From a virus, in the IMG/VR virus record IMGVR_UViG_3300045988_183350: a stretch of DNA of 64,000 bases; one strand, written 5' to 3'. The position numbers were made by a program, and so were the translations under genes. Below, piece by piece: positions 27,575 to 37,449 of the stretch; positions within the stretch are counted from its first letter, which is position 1, and each line of letters begins with the position of its first letter. The notes under the pieces are model-generated. The model worked only from the letters and a program-made list of their open reading frames with translations. It was not told the origin of the DNA and made no database searches.

Positions 27575-28891
27575 ATGACATTTAAGCTATATCCAAAGCA
27601 ACAAGAAAAAGCTGAAATCTTACTTGAAAACTTTAAAACTAAAGATTTTATGTTTATGACTGGTGAGGTTGGTGTCGGTAAAACATATATTGGTACGTAT
27701 GTATTGCGACAATGGCAAAAAGAAAACCCTGATAAACACTTCTTGGTTATCTCACCAAAACAAGTTATTGCAAAATGGAAAAAAGTGCTTGCTGAAGCTG
27801 GCGTCGACATGGCAAATGTAACTGTGAAATCAACATTTAATGCCGAAGATGTCAATAAAAGCTTTGCCGTTATTTATGACGAGATTCACGAAATTAAAAC
27901 CAAAGTAAAACACTTCAGTGATTTTGTCGAAACTCACAAAAAAGTACTTGGGTTGACAGGCTCAATTATTGATAAAAGTGTTCGCGATATTACAAATATC
28001 ACAAATGCGTTTTCAAATAAAGGTGAAAAATTCCCTCAATACAAAGACGTATCGGTTTGTTATCACGATATGATTGCTTATGCTCGTTTGTTTATCGAAC
28101 CTGTAATGACCGTTGGTTTGTCAAAAGACGACGTTATTGAAACTAATGATGACGACGCAATTATCATCGATACATACACTAAATCAATTGCAATGAATGA
28201 TGAGGAATCAGCCTTTTATGACTTTATGTCGGGCCGTCTTGCAAAACTACAAATTAGTCCAGACCAACGTATGCGTGTATTGAATGAATCTTTGGACCGT
28301 GTGCCTGGTCGTACGGAATTTATCCAAAAGACAAATCGTAATACAAATGAAGATGGCACAATTGAAACTGTCACTAATTCATACTTTATCGGCGAGAAAC
28401 TTCATAAAACAAAATCAAAGAAAGATTATATTGTCAGTGAATTGCTCGAAACTTACGACAAACGTACTTTGATTTATACATTTGATAACTCAGTTGCTAA
28501 ACGTATTGCCGAAAGTACTGAAGCTGTCTTTGTAGACACGTCTAAACGTGAAACTGCTGAAGCTGAAATCAACGAAAAACTCGAACAAAGTGCTGTTGTT
28601 ATCAATATCAGTAACATTTTGACTGGTGTCGACCTTCATGCAGACACAATTATTTGGTATCAAACACCTATTTCACTTGTACAAGATGTGCAAGGTGTTG
28701 GACGTATTACTCGTTTGTCAAGTTCTCGAAATGACAAAAAAGTTATTTACTTGTATCATGAAAATACAATGCAAGAAACACAAACAAAAGCTTTGCAAGA
28801 AAACCACAAACTCAATAACGAAATGATTGCTAAGAAAGACAAATCAAAAATGGGTAATGATTACTTCCCATTTGGTTTGTCTCGTAACTAA
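27575..28891 (+). CDS. Superfamily-2 helicase / ATPase
   Basis: Walker A GEVGVGKTY, DEIH motif II (VIYDEIHEIK), C-terminal QGVGRITR (motif VI); start at the ATG after the conserved leader (track ORF begins at 27548). Confidence 0.55.
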   Translation: MTFKLYPKQQEKAEILLENFKTKDFMFMTGEVGVGKTYIGTYVLRQWQKENPDKHFLVISPKQVIAKWKKVLAEAGVDMANVTVKSTFNAEDVNKSFAVIYDEIHEIKTKVKHFSDFVETHKKVLGLTGSIIDKSVRDITNITNAFSNKGEKFPQYKDVSVCYHDMIAYARLFIEPVMTVGLSKDDVIETNDDDAIIIDTYTKSIAMNDEESAFYDFMSGRLAKLQISPDQRMRVLNESLDRVPGRTEFIQKTNRNTNEDGTIETVTNSYFIGEKLHKTKSKKDYIVSELLETYDKRTLIYTFDNSVAKRIAESTEAVFVDTSKRETAEAEINEKLEQSAVVINISNILTGVDLHADTIIWYQTPISLVQDVQGVGRITRLSSSRNDKKVIYLYHENTMQETQTKALQENHKLNNEMIAKKDKSKMGNDYFPFGLSRN

Positions 28892-28919
28892 AACGTTAAG
28901 AAACTCTTAACGTTTTTTA
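28892..28919 (+). terminator. Rho-independent terminator
   Basis: AACGTTAAGAAACTCTTAACGTTTTTT. Confidence 0.65.
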
Positions 28920-28992
28920 TTATATAAAAAGGTTTACTTTTATTTTGGTTGTGGTATAATATAAGTAATGAATAAAGAAATGAGGAAACAAA

Positions 28993-30009
28993 ATGGTACT
29001 TAACAAATCACAAATGATGATGTATAAAAAATACAACGGTGTGTTATCAGATATTTCAGACTTTACAAATATCGATTGGAATAGTCTTTTGGTTGATGGC
29101 AAATATGACAAAGATTTTGGTGATTACTCAAGTAATTATGACCTTAAAGAAAATATCACAATTCAAACGTTGCCTATTGGGTTTTTAAGCAGTGAAAATT
29201 ACGGTATGCGAATTACAAAGGCAAAAGATACTGAAGGTGGCGACATTATTATTTTGACAAGTTATGCGTCAACACCAATGTTTTTGATGTCACCTATAGT
29301 ACAAATTGGACAAGCTATTTATTACTTGCCATTTGATTATTTTGTAAAAATTCTCGAACTTAATATTGTCAATCTTGACAAGTTGTCAAGCGACGTTCGC
29401 GTACGTATGCGTGACCAATACCACAAAAACATTCACGAGATTTATACAAAGGCTCAAGAGACACCTCTTGTAACTAAAATCAATGAGGCGAAAGTGTCAT
29501 ACACAAACGATTGCCGTGATTTTGTGTATCAAAACCCAGACAATATGAATGAATTGATTTTTGTTAAGTTGTATATCAATAAACTTATGCAACAATACCG
29601 TACAATGAATAAGCAATCGCCTCTTTACATTGGGGGACGTCCAATTCAAGGTAAACAAATTGCAATTTTTAATGCCCATCCGGCAATGGAACTTTTGACC
29701 CAAGACCAATATAACGCTAAGCCTTATGGTGTCGGTTATTATGGCTCATCAATGTACTCAGTCATGATGTCTGCTCAAAATTCAGCTGTTCACTATCACA
29801 TTGCGGTTGACAGTGTGGAAAATCGCCTGAAAGCTCACTTTATGACGTCAAGGAATAAAAACACCGAACCATTTTATTATGACTATGGCGTGTCTGACAA
29901 ATTTTATCAATTTAGACTTAACCTAAACTCAGGTAACTCAGGTGTACGCGTTGAATATTGTTCGTTAAACACATACACACCTGAAGGCCTTGTACAATGT
30001 CTTGACTAA
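28993..30009 (+). CDS. Hypothetical protein
   Basis: 338-aa ORF after the conserved promoter-leader cassette (28931-28992). Confidence 0.5.
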   Translation: MVLNKSQMMMYKKYNGVLSDISDFTNIDWNSLLVDGKYDKDFGDYSSNYDLKENITIQTLPIGFLSSENYGMRITKAKDTEGGDIIILTSYASTPMFLMSPIVQIGQAIYYLPFDYFVKILELNIVNLDKLSSDVRVRMRDQYHKNIHEIYTKAQETPLVTKINEAKVSYTNDCRDFVYQNPDNMNELIFVKLYINKLMQQYRTMNKQSPLYIGGRPIQGKQIAIFNAHPAMELLTQDQYNAKPYGVGYYGSSMYSVMMSAQNSAVHYHIAVDSVENRLKAHFMTSRNKNTEPFYYDYGVSDKFYQFRLNLNSGNSGVRVEYCSLNTYTPEGLVQCLD

Positions 30010-30231
30010 AATAAATAAAACTCATGTATTATTGGTACATGAGTTTTCATTTTATTTAAAAGGAAAATTAATATAATTTGCAATCTTTATTTTAATTGTA
30101 TCAAGTCCCGAAACTTTCGTAAAGTTTTCATGTTTTCACTAACTTTTTTCCTTGAAAGCGTTTACTTTTATTGTAATTGCAGTATAATATAATTAAGTTT
30201 AAATTAAATGAGCAAAGGATTGATAAAATAA

Positions 30232-30768
30232 GTGAGTGAAAAATTTAAAAAGAAAAAAGTCACCATGCATGGTCAGACGTTTGATTCATATAGCGAAGCC
30301 GCGGAAACACTCGGCAAATCATTAAGTGCCATTTCCCGTTATGTCAAAAAACATGGGTCACTTGATTTGCCAGAGTCGCCAACTAAAGAATTATTGACAA
30401 GTGGGAGACTAGGCAAAGTATATCACACAACCAAAGAGGCTAAAAAAGATTTATTCATCACTACTGATTGGGCCGTTTTTATGAAACGTTTTAACAATGG
30501 CATTCCTCTTGAAGCCGCAAAGGACGATGACACGTTTAAAATTTATAAACGTCAGCTAAAGGAACGTGACAAGCACACGTTCAAAGAGCCGATTGTCATT
30601 AAAAACAAGTCATATAAAACGTATTATGAATTACAACAAGCCTTTGGTAAAAAGTTAAATGGCATTGCCTCACCTCAAACTATCCAGCGTCGTCGTAAAC
30701 GTGGCGTTACTGGTTTGGACCTTTTAAAAATCAAACACTATAAAACCGTGAAAAGGGGTAAACTATGA
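30232..30768 (+). CDS. Basic hypothetical protein (possible DNA-binding), GTG start
   Basis: 178-aa ORF; RBS AAAGGA then GTG; internally repeated basic segments. Confidence 0.4.
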   Translation: MSEKFKKKKVTMHGQTFDSYSEAAETLGKSLSAISRYVKKHGSLDLPESPTKELLTSGRLGKVYHTTKEAKKDLFITTDWAVFMKRFNNGIPLEAAKDDDTFKIYKRQLKERDKHTFKEPIVIKNKSYKTYYELQQAFGKKLNGIASPQTIQRRRKRGVTGLDLLKIKHYKTVKRGKL

Positions 30769-31109
30769 TTAAATTTAGAGTTTACAGAGCTTGTGAACAT
30801 GTACTATATCAGCATTGCTCAGTATTTAATAATAATGTGTTTGCCTTTAAAAAGTCAAAACAATTGATTAAACCTTTAACAAACTTTACACTTGCAAAGG
30901 ATGATAAAGTGATGCTTGGTTATGAATCACTTTATTTTAATCAAACGTTATTTGACGGTGACATTGTGCGTTGGAATAATGCTAGGTATAAAGTTATTCA
31001 AACTAATAGCAAATTGCAATTGCAATCATTAACTGATAATAAAATTTATGAGTTGCCCGACACTAAACTTAAAATTATAGACAATATCTTTCACTGCAAA
31101 ACCATATAA
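30765..31109 (+). CDS. Hypothetical protein
   Basis: 114 aa; ATGA overlap with the upstream gene. Confidence 0.4.
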   Translation: MIKFRVYRACEHVLYQHCSVFNNNVFAFKKSKQLIKPLTNFTLAKDDKVMLGYESLYFNQTLFDGDIVRWNNARYKVIQTNSKLQLQSLTDNKIYELPDTKLKIIDNIFHCKTI

Positions 31110-31223
31110 AATGGTCGTTGTTTGCAATGTGCCACAGTTTTTAATCTCCTGTTTACTGTGGCAGACTGCAAATAATGAACTAACATTTGCAATTTATTTT
31201 ATTTTTAAGAAAGGTATTTTCAT

Positions 31224-32795
31224 ATGATTTTACTTATTGTCATTGCAGTAGTTGCACTGCTTGCAATTCTTCTCTTTGCAAGTGGCTATGTGTCAGCCCG
31301 TCCAAATGAGGTCCTCATCATCACAGGGCTTGGTAAGCCACGTTCTTTAGTTGGTAAAGCCGGTTGGAAAGTTCCATTACTTGAAAAAACGTCGTCAATT
31401 AATATTGAACAATTTTCAGTAGACGTTAACACAAGCGAAGCTGTACCAACACAAGACTTTATTAACGTAATGGCTGATGCCGTTGTTAAAGTTAAAGTTG
31501 CCACTCATGATATTGTCGAAAAAGACGATAATGGTAACGCAAGAGTTCTTTATACCAAGGAAGAACTCCTTGAAGCTGCGGCTCAAAACTTCTTGAATCG
31601 TGATACAGATTGGATTGCTAGTCAAATCCAGGACGTTCTTGAAGGTAATCTCCGTGAGATTATTGGTCAAATGGAACTCAAAGCAATGGTAAGCGACCGC
31701 CAAGCATTTGCCGATAAAGTATTCCGTAATGCACAACCTGACCTTGCAAAAATGGGTCTTGAGATTATTGCCTTTACTGTTCAAAACTTTAAAGACAATC
31801 AAAATGCGATTGAAAACTTAGGTGCAGATAATCTTGCCCGAATTCAAAAAGACGCCACAAATGCAAAAGCTAAGGCTGAAGCTGAAATGGCTACTGTTAA
31901 AGCGGAACAAGCTAAGCTTGCAGCGGATGCTCAAGCTGAATCAGATTTGGCGATTGCTGCTAAGCAAAATGAAGTTAAGATTCAAAAAGCCGAACTTAAG
32001 GCACAATCAAGCCGTAAAGAAGCTGAAGCTAATGCTGTTGGATTGATTGAAGAACAAAACCAACGTAAGACAATTGAATCTGCAACCGCAGACGCAAACA
32101 TTGTTAAGCAAAAGAAAGAGGCTGAAGTTGCCGAACAAGAAGCAAAAGTTGCCGAACAACGCTTAAACGCAACTGTTCGTAACCAAGCTGATGCCGACCG
32201 TTATGCGAAGGAACAACAAGCCAATGCCGACTTGTACACTCGTAAACAACAAGCCGAAGCTGAAAAAGCTGAACGCCAAGCTGACGCAGATGCAAAATAT
32301 TACGAAGTCACACAAGAAGCTGACGCTAAAGCTAAAAAGGCTGAGGCTGAATTGCAGGCTGCAAAAGCTGAAGCTGAAGGAATCGAAGCTATTGGTAATG
32401 CGAATGCCCGTGCAAAATATGCTGAACTTAAGGCTGAAGCTGACGGTCTTCGTGAAAAAGCTGAAGCTCAACGTTTAATGGGTGAAGCCTCAATTATCGA
32501 AATGATTGTTGAACAATTGCCTAAAGTTGCTGAAGCTGTTGCGTCTCCACTTTCAAATATCGATAACATGACTGTTTATGGTTCAGACGGTGGTTCAAAA
32601 ATTGTTGCAGACATGATGCAATCAATCAACCAAATCTCTGAAGGCGTTGGTCTTAATATTCCCAACCTTCTCGCCTCTACATTGACAGGCCGTGCGATGG
32701 CTACAGGCTTGAAACAAGCCGATGTAACCAAAGAAGTTACAACAGAAAAAGTTGAAGATGTAACACCGGAAGTTACAACTGAAGACGCTGAATAA
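31224..32795 (+). CDS. SPFH/band-7 flotillin-like protein (FloT/YuaG-like)
   Basis: N-terminal TM hairpin, SPFH core, long Ala/Glu/Lys-rich EA-repeat coiled-coil, C-terminal segment. Confidence 0.7.
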   Translation: MILLIVIAVVALLAILLFASGYVSARPNEVLIITGLGKPRSLVGKAGWKVPLLEKTSSINIEQFSVDVNTSEAVPTQDFINVMADAVVKVKVATHDIVEKDDNGNARVLYTKEELLEAAAQNFLNRDTDWIASQIQDVLEGNLREIIGQMELKAMVSDRQAFADKVFRNAQPDLAKMGLEIIAFTVQNFKDNQNAIENLGADNLARIQKDATNAKAKAEAEMATVKAEQAKLAADAQAESDLAIAAKQNEVKIQKAELKAQSSRKEAEANAVGLIEEQNQRKTIESATADANIVKQKKEAEVAEQEAKVAEQRLNATVRNQADADRYAKEQQANADLYTRKQQAEAEKAERQADADAKYYEVTQEADAKAKKAEAELQAAKAEAEGIEAIGNANARAKYAELKAEADGLREKAEAQRLMGEASIIEMIVEQLPKVAEAVASPLSNIDNMTVYGSDGGSKIVADMMQSINQISEGVGLNIPNLLASTLTGRAMATGLKQADVTKEVTTEKVEDVTPEVTTEDAE

Positions 32796-32802
32796 TAAAA
32801 GA

Positions 32803-32832
32803 AAAGACTAAAGATTACTTTAGTCTTTTTTC
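32803..32832. terminator. Bidirectional terminator between convergent flotillin and minus-strand array
   Basis: AGACTAAAGATTACTTTAGTCT hairpin flanked by A/T runs. Confidence 0.55.
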
Positions 32833-33119
32833 ATGTTTAAATCACGCAAAACAACATAATTGCTTGTCTGCAAATGCAAAATCAATTGCCCTTCGTCGTC
32901 GATACAACGTGCTTGTAGCTTGTCAGGACCTTTTTCAGTGAGTTCTTGTAGTTTTTGAATTGCCTTATCACAAAGTTTGTGAATTTCTTCACAAACTTTT
33001 TTAAGTCTGGCAGTTGACATTTTGTCAAGGTTGTCGCTAATCAATTGGCCTTTACCTTTGATTTGACGTTCAATGTTTACAACCTCATTCATTTTATTTG
33101 CAAAATAACCGTTTTTCAT
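32820..33119 (-). CDS. Small hypothetical protein, last gene of the minus-strand array operon
   Basis: Start MKNGYFANK after RBS AAGAAAGGAA (the track ORF 32820-33212 overlaps the upstream gene; internal Met chosen). Confidence 0.45.
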   Translation of the reverse strand: MKNGYFANKMNEVVNIERQIKGKGQLISDNLDKMSTARLKKVCEEIHKLCDKAIQKLQELTEKGPDKLQARCIDDEGQLILHLQTSNYVVLRDLNMKKD

Positions 33120-33132
33120 AAAGATTCCTTTC

Positions 33133-33705
33133 TTATAAATCAAATGCCACTGCAGGTTTTTCTTCAGTTTTAATTGCAGGATTAAGTTGTTCAAATGAGT
33201 AATCATTCGCATTACTAATTAAATAATCGATAAAATCACGTTTTGCAGGAATGTGTTGCGTTAAATCATCAGCGGCAACTAACATATTGTTAATGTCATT
33301 GCCGAAAATATCGCCTACAACATAAAAGGTATTATGGGCTGTAACGAATTTTTTAACAACTGACCAAAACCCTTTTTTAAATGTCGATTTAGTATAGGTG
33401 ACCTTATACTTAACGGCAATTCGACGAAATTCATAATTATATACGGCAATCAAATATTTTGTAGTCATATCGTCAAGATAATTTTCATAATTTGCTTTGT
33501 CATTAAGAATTTTTTTCATAACGTCCGCAATTTTACGACATCGTTTTCGATTTTGTTCGTAACCTTCCCAGGATAAATAATTACCACAATAAGGGGCTCG
33601 TTCAAAGCCAAAATAATTAAATTGACATTGAGGCCCATAAGCCTCATCGCTAACACCAGTTAAAATCTCAACCATAAAATCAAGTTTGTATTTTGTATCA
33701 ACCAT
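33133..33705 (-). CDS. Family-B paralog (190 aa), C-terminal tail ...AVAFDL
   Basis: Paralogous to 33724-34302, 34320-34898, 35162-35671 (shared KLDFMVEIL, ANYKKYL, VKYKVTYTS, NTFY, AADDL motifs). Confidence 0.55.
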   Translation of the reverse strand: MVDTKYKLDFMVEILTGVSDEAYGPQCQFNYFGFERAPYCGNYLSWEGYEQNRKRCRKIADVMKKILNDKANYENYLDDMTTKYLIAVYNYEFRRIAVKYKVTYTKSTFKKGFWSVVKKFVTAHNTFYVVGDIFGNDINNMLVAADDLTQHIPAKRDFIDYLISNANDYSFEQLNPAIKTEEKPAVAFDL

Positions 33706-33723
33706 TAGTTTTACCTCCTAAGC

Positions 33724-34302
33724 TTACAATTCTGTAAAATTTGTTGATTCATGTACGTATTCAAGTAATTGACCAGTATTTGCAAATGACCACGCCGTTG
33801 CATTAGCTAACAAAAACTTTATGTCATCAGCTAGCAACAAAGCATGCTGGTTTAAATCGTCAGCCGCAATTAGCGTATTGACCTCACTACCATAAAGGCA
33901 ATCACCTGCAATATAAAATGTATTGTGTTTTAGTACAAAAGATTTCGCATTTTCTGGAAAAAACGTTGGAAAAGTTTCGCTTGTATACGTAACTTTATAT
34001 TTAACGATAAACATACAAAACACTTCATTATAAATATTAAGTAGGTATCGCTCGGTGTTTGCGTTCAAATATTTTTTATAATTAGTCTTGTCTTTGACAA
34101 TTTGATTCATTACTTTTGAAACATTTTCGATTACAATTGAATCGATAGTTTCTAAATACTCATCAAAACCAGCGTCATAGTCCCAGCCATAATAATTAAA
34201 TCGACAACTGCCAAAACCAAAGCCATAACTAAACTCATCCATAGCTGTAACACTCTTTAAAATCTTAACCATAAAATCAAGTTTGTATTCTTTATCAATC
34301 AT
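33724..34302 (-). CDS. Family-B paralog (192 aa), C-terminal tail ...STNFTEL
   Basis: Paralog alignment; RBS AGGAGG. Confidence 0.55.
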   Translation of the reverse strand: MIDKEYKLDFMVKILKSVTAMDEFSYGFGFGSCRFNYYGWDYDAGFDEYLETIDSIVIENVSKVMNQIVKDKTNYKKYLNANTERYLLNIYNEVFCMFIVKYKVTYTSETFPTFFPENAKSFVLKHNTFYIAGDCLYGSEVNTLIAADDLNQHALLLADDIKFLLANATAWSFANTGQLLEYVHESTNFTEL

Positions 34303-34319
34303 TAGTTTTACCTCCTGTA

Positions 34320-34898
34320 TTACAATTTTGTAAAATCAGCCGATTCACGTACTGGTCCGGCAATTGGGCTAAGCTGTTCAAATGAGCAATCGCTTGCATT
34401 TTTAAGCAATGCTGCAGTGTCGCCAGGTGTCGTTACGACATATTGGCTTAAATCGTCTACAGCAACTAATGCGTTATATGCTTTAGTGTCAAGACAGTCA
34501 CCAATCGCATAAAATTCGCTGTTTTCCAATACGAAAGTTTTAACATGTTTTGGGAAGTATTTCGGAAAAGTCTTACTTGTATAAGTCATTTTAAATTTGA
34601 CAATCATTGTACGGAAAATACGGTCATAAGCTGTGACTAAGTATTCTTCAGTAATTGCGTCTAAATACTTTTTATAATTAGCTTTGTCGTCTGAAATTTG
34701 TTTCATTGCATTTACAATAATATCAGCCTTTTCTTTAGCTTTCGCATAACCTTCATACTTTACATACTCACTGCATACAGCATCACGTTGCAAACCAAAA
34801 TAAGAAAAACGGCACTCACCGTAACCTTCGCCCACTTTGCCTGTAACTTCAGTTAAAACCTCAACCATAAAGGCAAGTTTACTTGTGTTATCAATCAT
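34320..34898 (-). CDS. Family-B paralog (192 aa), C-terminal tail ...SADFTKL
   Basis: Paralog alignment; own promoter-leader cassette at 34927-34962 (-). Confidence 0.55.
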   Translation of the reverse strand: MIDNTSKLAFMVEVLTEVTGKVGEGYGECRFSYFGLQRDAVCSEYVKYEGYAKAKEKADIIVNAMKQISDDKANYKKYLDAITEEYLVTAYDRIFRTMIVKFKMTYTSKTFPKYFPKHVKTFVLENSEFYAIGDCLDTKAYNALVAVDDLSQYVVTTPGDTAALLKNASDCSFEQLSPIAGPVRESADFTKL

Positions 34899-35161
34899 TG
34901 TATTTACCTCATTTCAATTTATATAATCATTATACCACAATAAATTTAAAAGTAAACCTTTTTAAGTGAATTAATGTAGCCTAAAAGTATGCTATAAACG
35001 GGCTATTGGTCGCTATTTAAAAAATAAGCAATGCTTATTGACCACAATAGCGTTTAAAAGCCCATATCAAGCATATATCGCGGCTAATCTTAAGTCTAGG
35101 CTAAATACATAGGCTGGCTTTAAAACGCGATACGGGCTTAATATGGACTATTTAAAGACGA

Positions 35162-35671
35162 TTACAAATTTACTGAATCAGTATCGGCTTTTACAATTGG
35201 CAATTGGTTGTTATGGAAACATTTACTACTGCAAATTAATTGGTCAATATAGGCTTCAGAGGTCTCAACATGGTCGTCGGTATTTGTAACTGACGCTAAT
35301 CGATAAAACTTTCCGCGAGTATAAATCTTATGCAAAATATAAAATCGTGGATTGCGTTTAAGAAACGCTTTTACATTTTTCCTAAACCCTTTAAAGTTGT
35401 CATTTGGGTCAACCTCAATTTCAGTCAAAACAGCTACCTGCCAATAAATTTTTTTGTACTGTTGCACTAATGCAGTTACCACTTCTTCTGTCAAGTAAGC
35501 TTTATAATTTGCTTTGTCATTTGTAATGGCAATAAGATTCGTCATAATGTCTGCGTTATACTCTACTGGTTTAATATAGCCGGCATAATCGGTATAAAGT
35601 TTACATTCCCCGTATTCTTCAACCTCGACTAAAATATCAATCATAAATGTTACAATTTCGTCATTAGTCAT
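35162..35671 (-). CDS. Family-B paralog (169 aa), C-terminal tail ...TDSVNL
   Basis: Paralog alignment (DKANYKAYL, FY). Confidence 0.5.
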   Translation of the reverse strand: MTNDEIVTFMIDILVEVEEYGECKLYTDYAGYIKPVEYNADIMTNLIAITNDKANYKAYLTEEVVTALVQQYKKIYWQVAVLTEIEVDPNDNFKGFRKNVKAFLKRNPRFYILHKIYTRGKFYRLASVTNTDDHVETSEAYIDQLICSSKCFHNNQLPIVKADTDSVNL

Positions 35672-35688
35672 AATTACTTCCTTTCATC

Positions 35689-36444
35689 TTACAGTTCAAA
35701 ACTTACAGGTTTACCAGAGTCCGCATTTACAGGTTTGTCTACTTTTTCAATATAGCCAAACATGCGGTCACAATTATATTTTGGAAGAAAGACTTTTTTG
35801 CCGTCACTAAAGTTTACCTCATATTGGCAAGCGTCACGCTTTGCAAAAATACTTGTGGTAAATGTGAAAATTGAATCCTTGTCAAACTCTGTTAAGTCTG
35901 AAACTCTACTACAAATGTCAAAATCTTTAATGCGAAATGGACCAAGTGTCGTTGTACTATTTAGTTCATCTAAAATGAAATACCTTGCATCCTCATTTTC
36001 AGTGACTATATAACTAAGCATTGAGCCTTTAATAAATGTTTCATTAATTGTCCAAAAATTATCCTCGTCGATGAGATTTGTCATTAATTTTTTAAGATTA
36101 GTGACTCCGGCTTTATTAAATTCGCGCCTACACAAGTTATCAGCCATGCTATACATAAATTGTTTTGTACCGTCATCACCAGTACGAACAAGTATATCGC
36201 CGAAAGCCCGGTTATCACCTGTAAGGGCATTTAATTTTTCAATAAGCTCGGCCTTATTTGACAAACAATTTACTGGAACATTAATCCACGTTTTCATGCG
36301 TGTAAACTTTTTCATAAACTCAAAGTTAATGTAGTAATTACCGGCTTTAGTTTTATAAATACATTCGCAGGTATATTTACTACCACCAGGCATATTCACT
36401 GAATCGCTCAAAAATTGTGTTTCTGGATATTTAAAAGTTGTCAT
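35689..36444 (-). CDS. Family-A paralog (251 aa), C-terminal tail ...KPVSFEL
   Basis: Shares GPFRIKDF and FTFTTSIF motifs with 36555-37277; promoter-leader at 36474-36512 (-). Confidence 0.55.
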   Translation of the reverse strand: MTTFKYPETQFLSDSVNMPGGSKYTCECIYKTKAGNYYINFEFMKKFTRMKTWINVPVNCLSNKAELIEKLNALTGDNRAFGDILVRTGDDGTKQFMYSMADNLCRREFNKAGVTNLKKLMTNLIDEDNFWTINETFIKGSMLSYIVTENEDARYFILDELNSTTTLGPFRIKDFDICSRVSDLTEFDKDSIFTFTTSIFAKRDACQYEVNFSDGKKVFLPKYNCDRMFGYIEKVDKPVNADSGKPVSFEL

Positions 36445-36554
36445 TGTTTAATTCCTCATTTCTTAATTTATAACTATATTATACCAAAATATATTTAAAA
36501 GTAAACCTTTTTGTAAATAAAAAAATTGCATTAATGTGTTAATGCAATTTAAAA

Positions 36555-37277
36555 TTATAGTTCGAAAGCCATAGTGTCAGTTTCAATTTCGTCAGCTGTG
36601 GTTTCTTTTTCCTCGATACGTTCAACATGTTTCCAAGCTGTCTTAAAGTCACCAGCTTTAATAGTAAATGTGTCACCATTATCCTTAGTTACAAGCATAC
36701 GACTTATGGCTCTGTCTTGTCCAAAGTAATTCGTTGTAATTGTAAAAAGCTTACTGTCAAAGTTCTCAAAACCTTTATAATAATTATATGGATGGTCACG
36801 CTTAAACGTGATGAAATCTGTGATTTGGAAAGGTCCCATAGTCACCAAACCATTCAACTCAGTTTGAATTCGAGGGCGAACATTACGATTGTCATGCAAT
36901 TCCAAAATTGCGTCTACATCAGCAACTTGTGCAATCACACGGTCAAACTTAGTCACTAAAAGTTGGCGCAATTTTGCTTTGTCTTCTTTGTCAATGTGCG
37001 GGTAATAATAATATAGACCACCTGCAACGTGAGAATAATGCCTTTGAGTTTTCCAAGTTTGAACCAACGGTTTAAGCTTTTGATTAAGTTCATCCGCATT
37101 TGCAAGCTCATCCACAGGAATACTTAGTGTAACATCTGCCCAAGTGTAGTCAGGACGAACTCTAAAGTATAAATACAATTTATCAGTTTCACGTGTCTGA
37201 ATAATACCTAAGAATGTACTATTTTTTGTGTTAGCTTTAAACTCTTGCAAGTACTTTGCTTCTTTTGATACCGTCAT
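36555..37277 (-). CDS. Family-A paralog (240 aa), C-terminal tail ...DTMAFEL
   Basis: GPFQITDF, FTITTNYF; promoter-leader at 37311-37345 (-). Confidence 0.55.
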   Translation of the reverse strand: MTVSKEAKYLQEFKANTKNSTFLGIIQTRETDKLYLYFRVRPDYTWADVTLSIPVDELANADELNQKLKPLVQTWKTQRHYSHVAGGLYYYYPHIDKEDKAKLRQLLVTKFDRVIAQVADVDAILELHDNRNVRPRIQTELNGLVTMGPFQITDFITFKRDHPYNYYKGFENFDSKLFTITTNYFGQDRAISRMLVTKDNGDTFTIKAGDFKTAWKHVERIEEKETTADEIETDTMAFEL

Positions 37278-37449
37278 TACTTATGTCCTCATTTCTTAAT
37301 TTATATTTACATTATACCATAAAATTTTTAAAAGTAAACCTTTTTATAGTAAAAAATTGTACTAATGTACTAATACAATGATACAAGAAAAAGCCGTTTT
37401 AATCTACTTTTATATGGCGAAGCTATTGTTTAATGGATTAAAATGGCTT

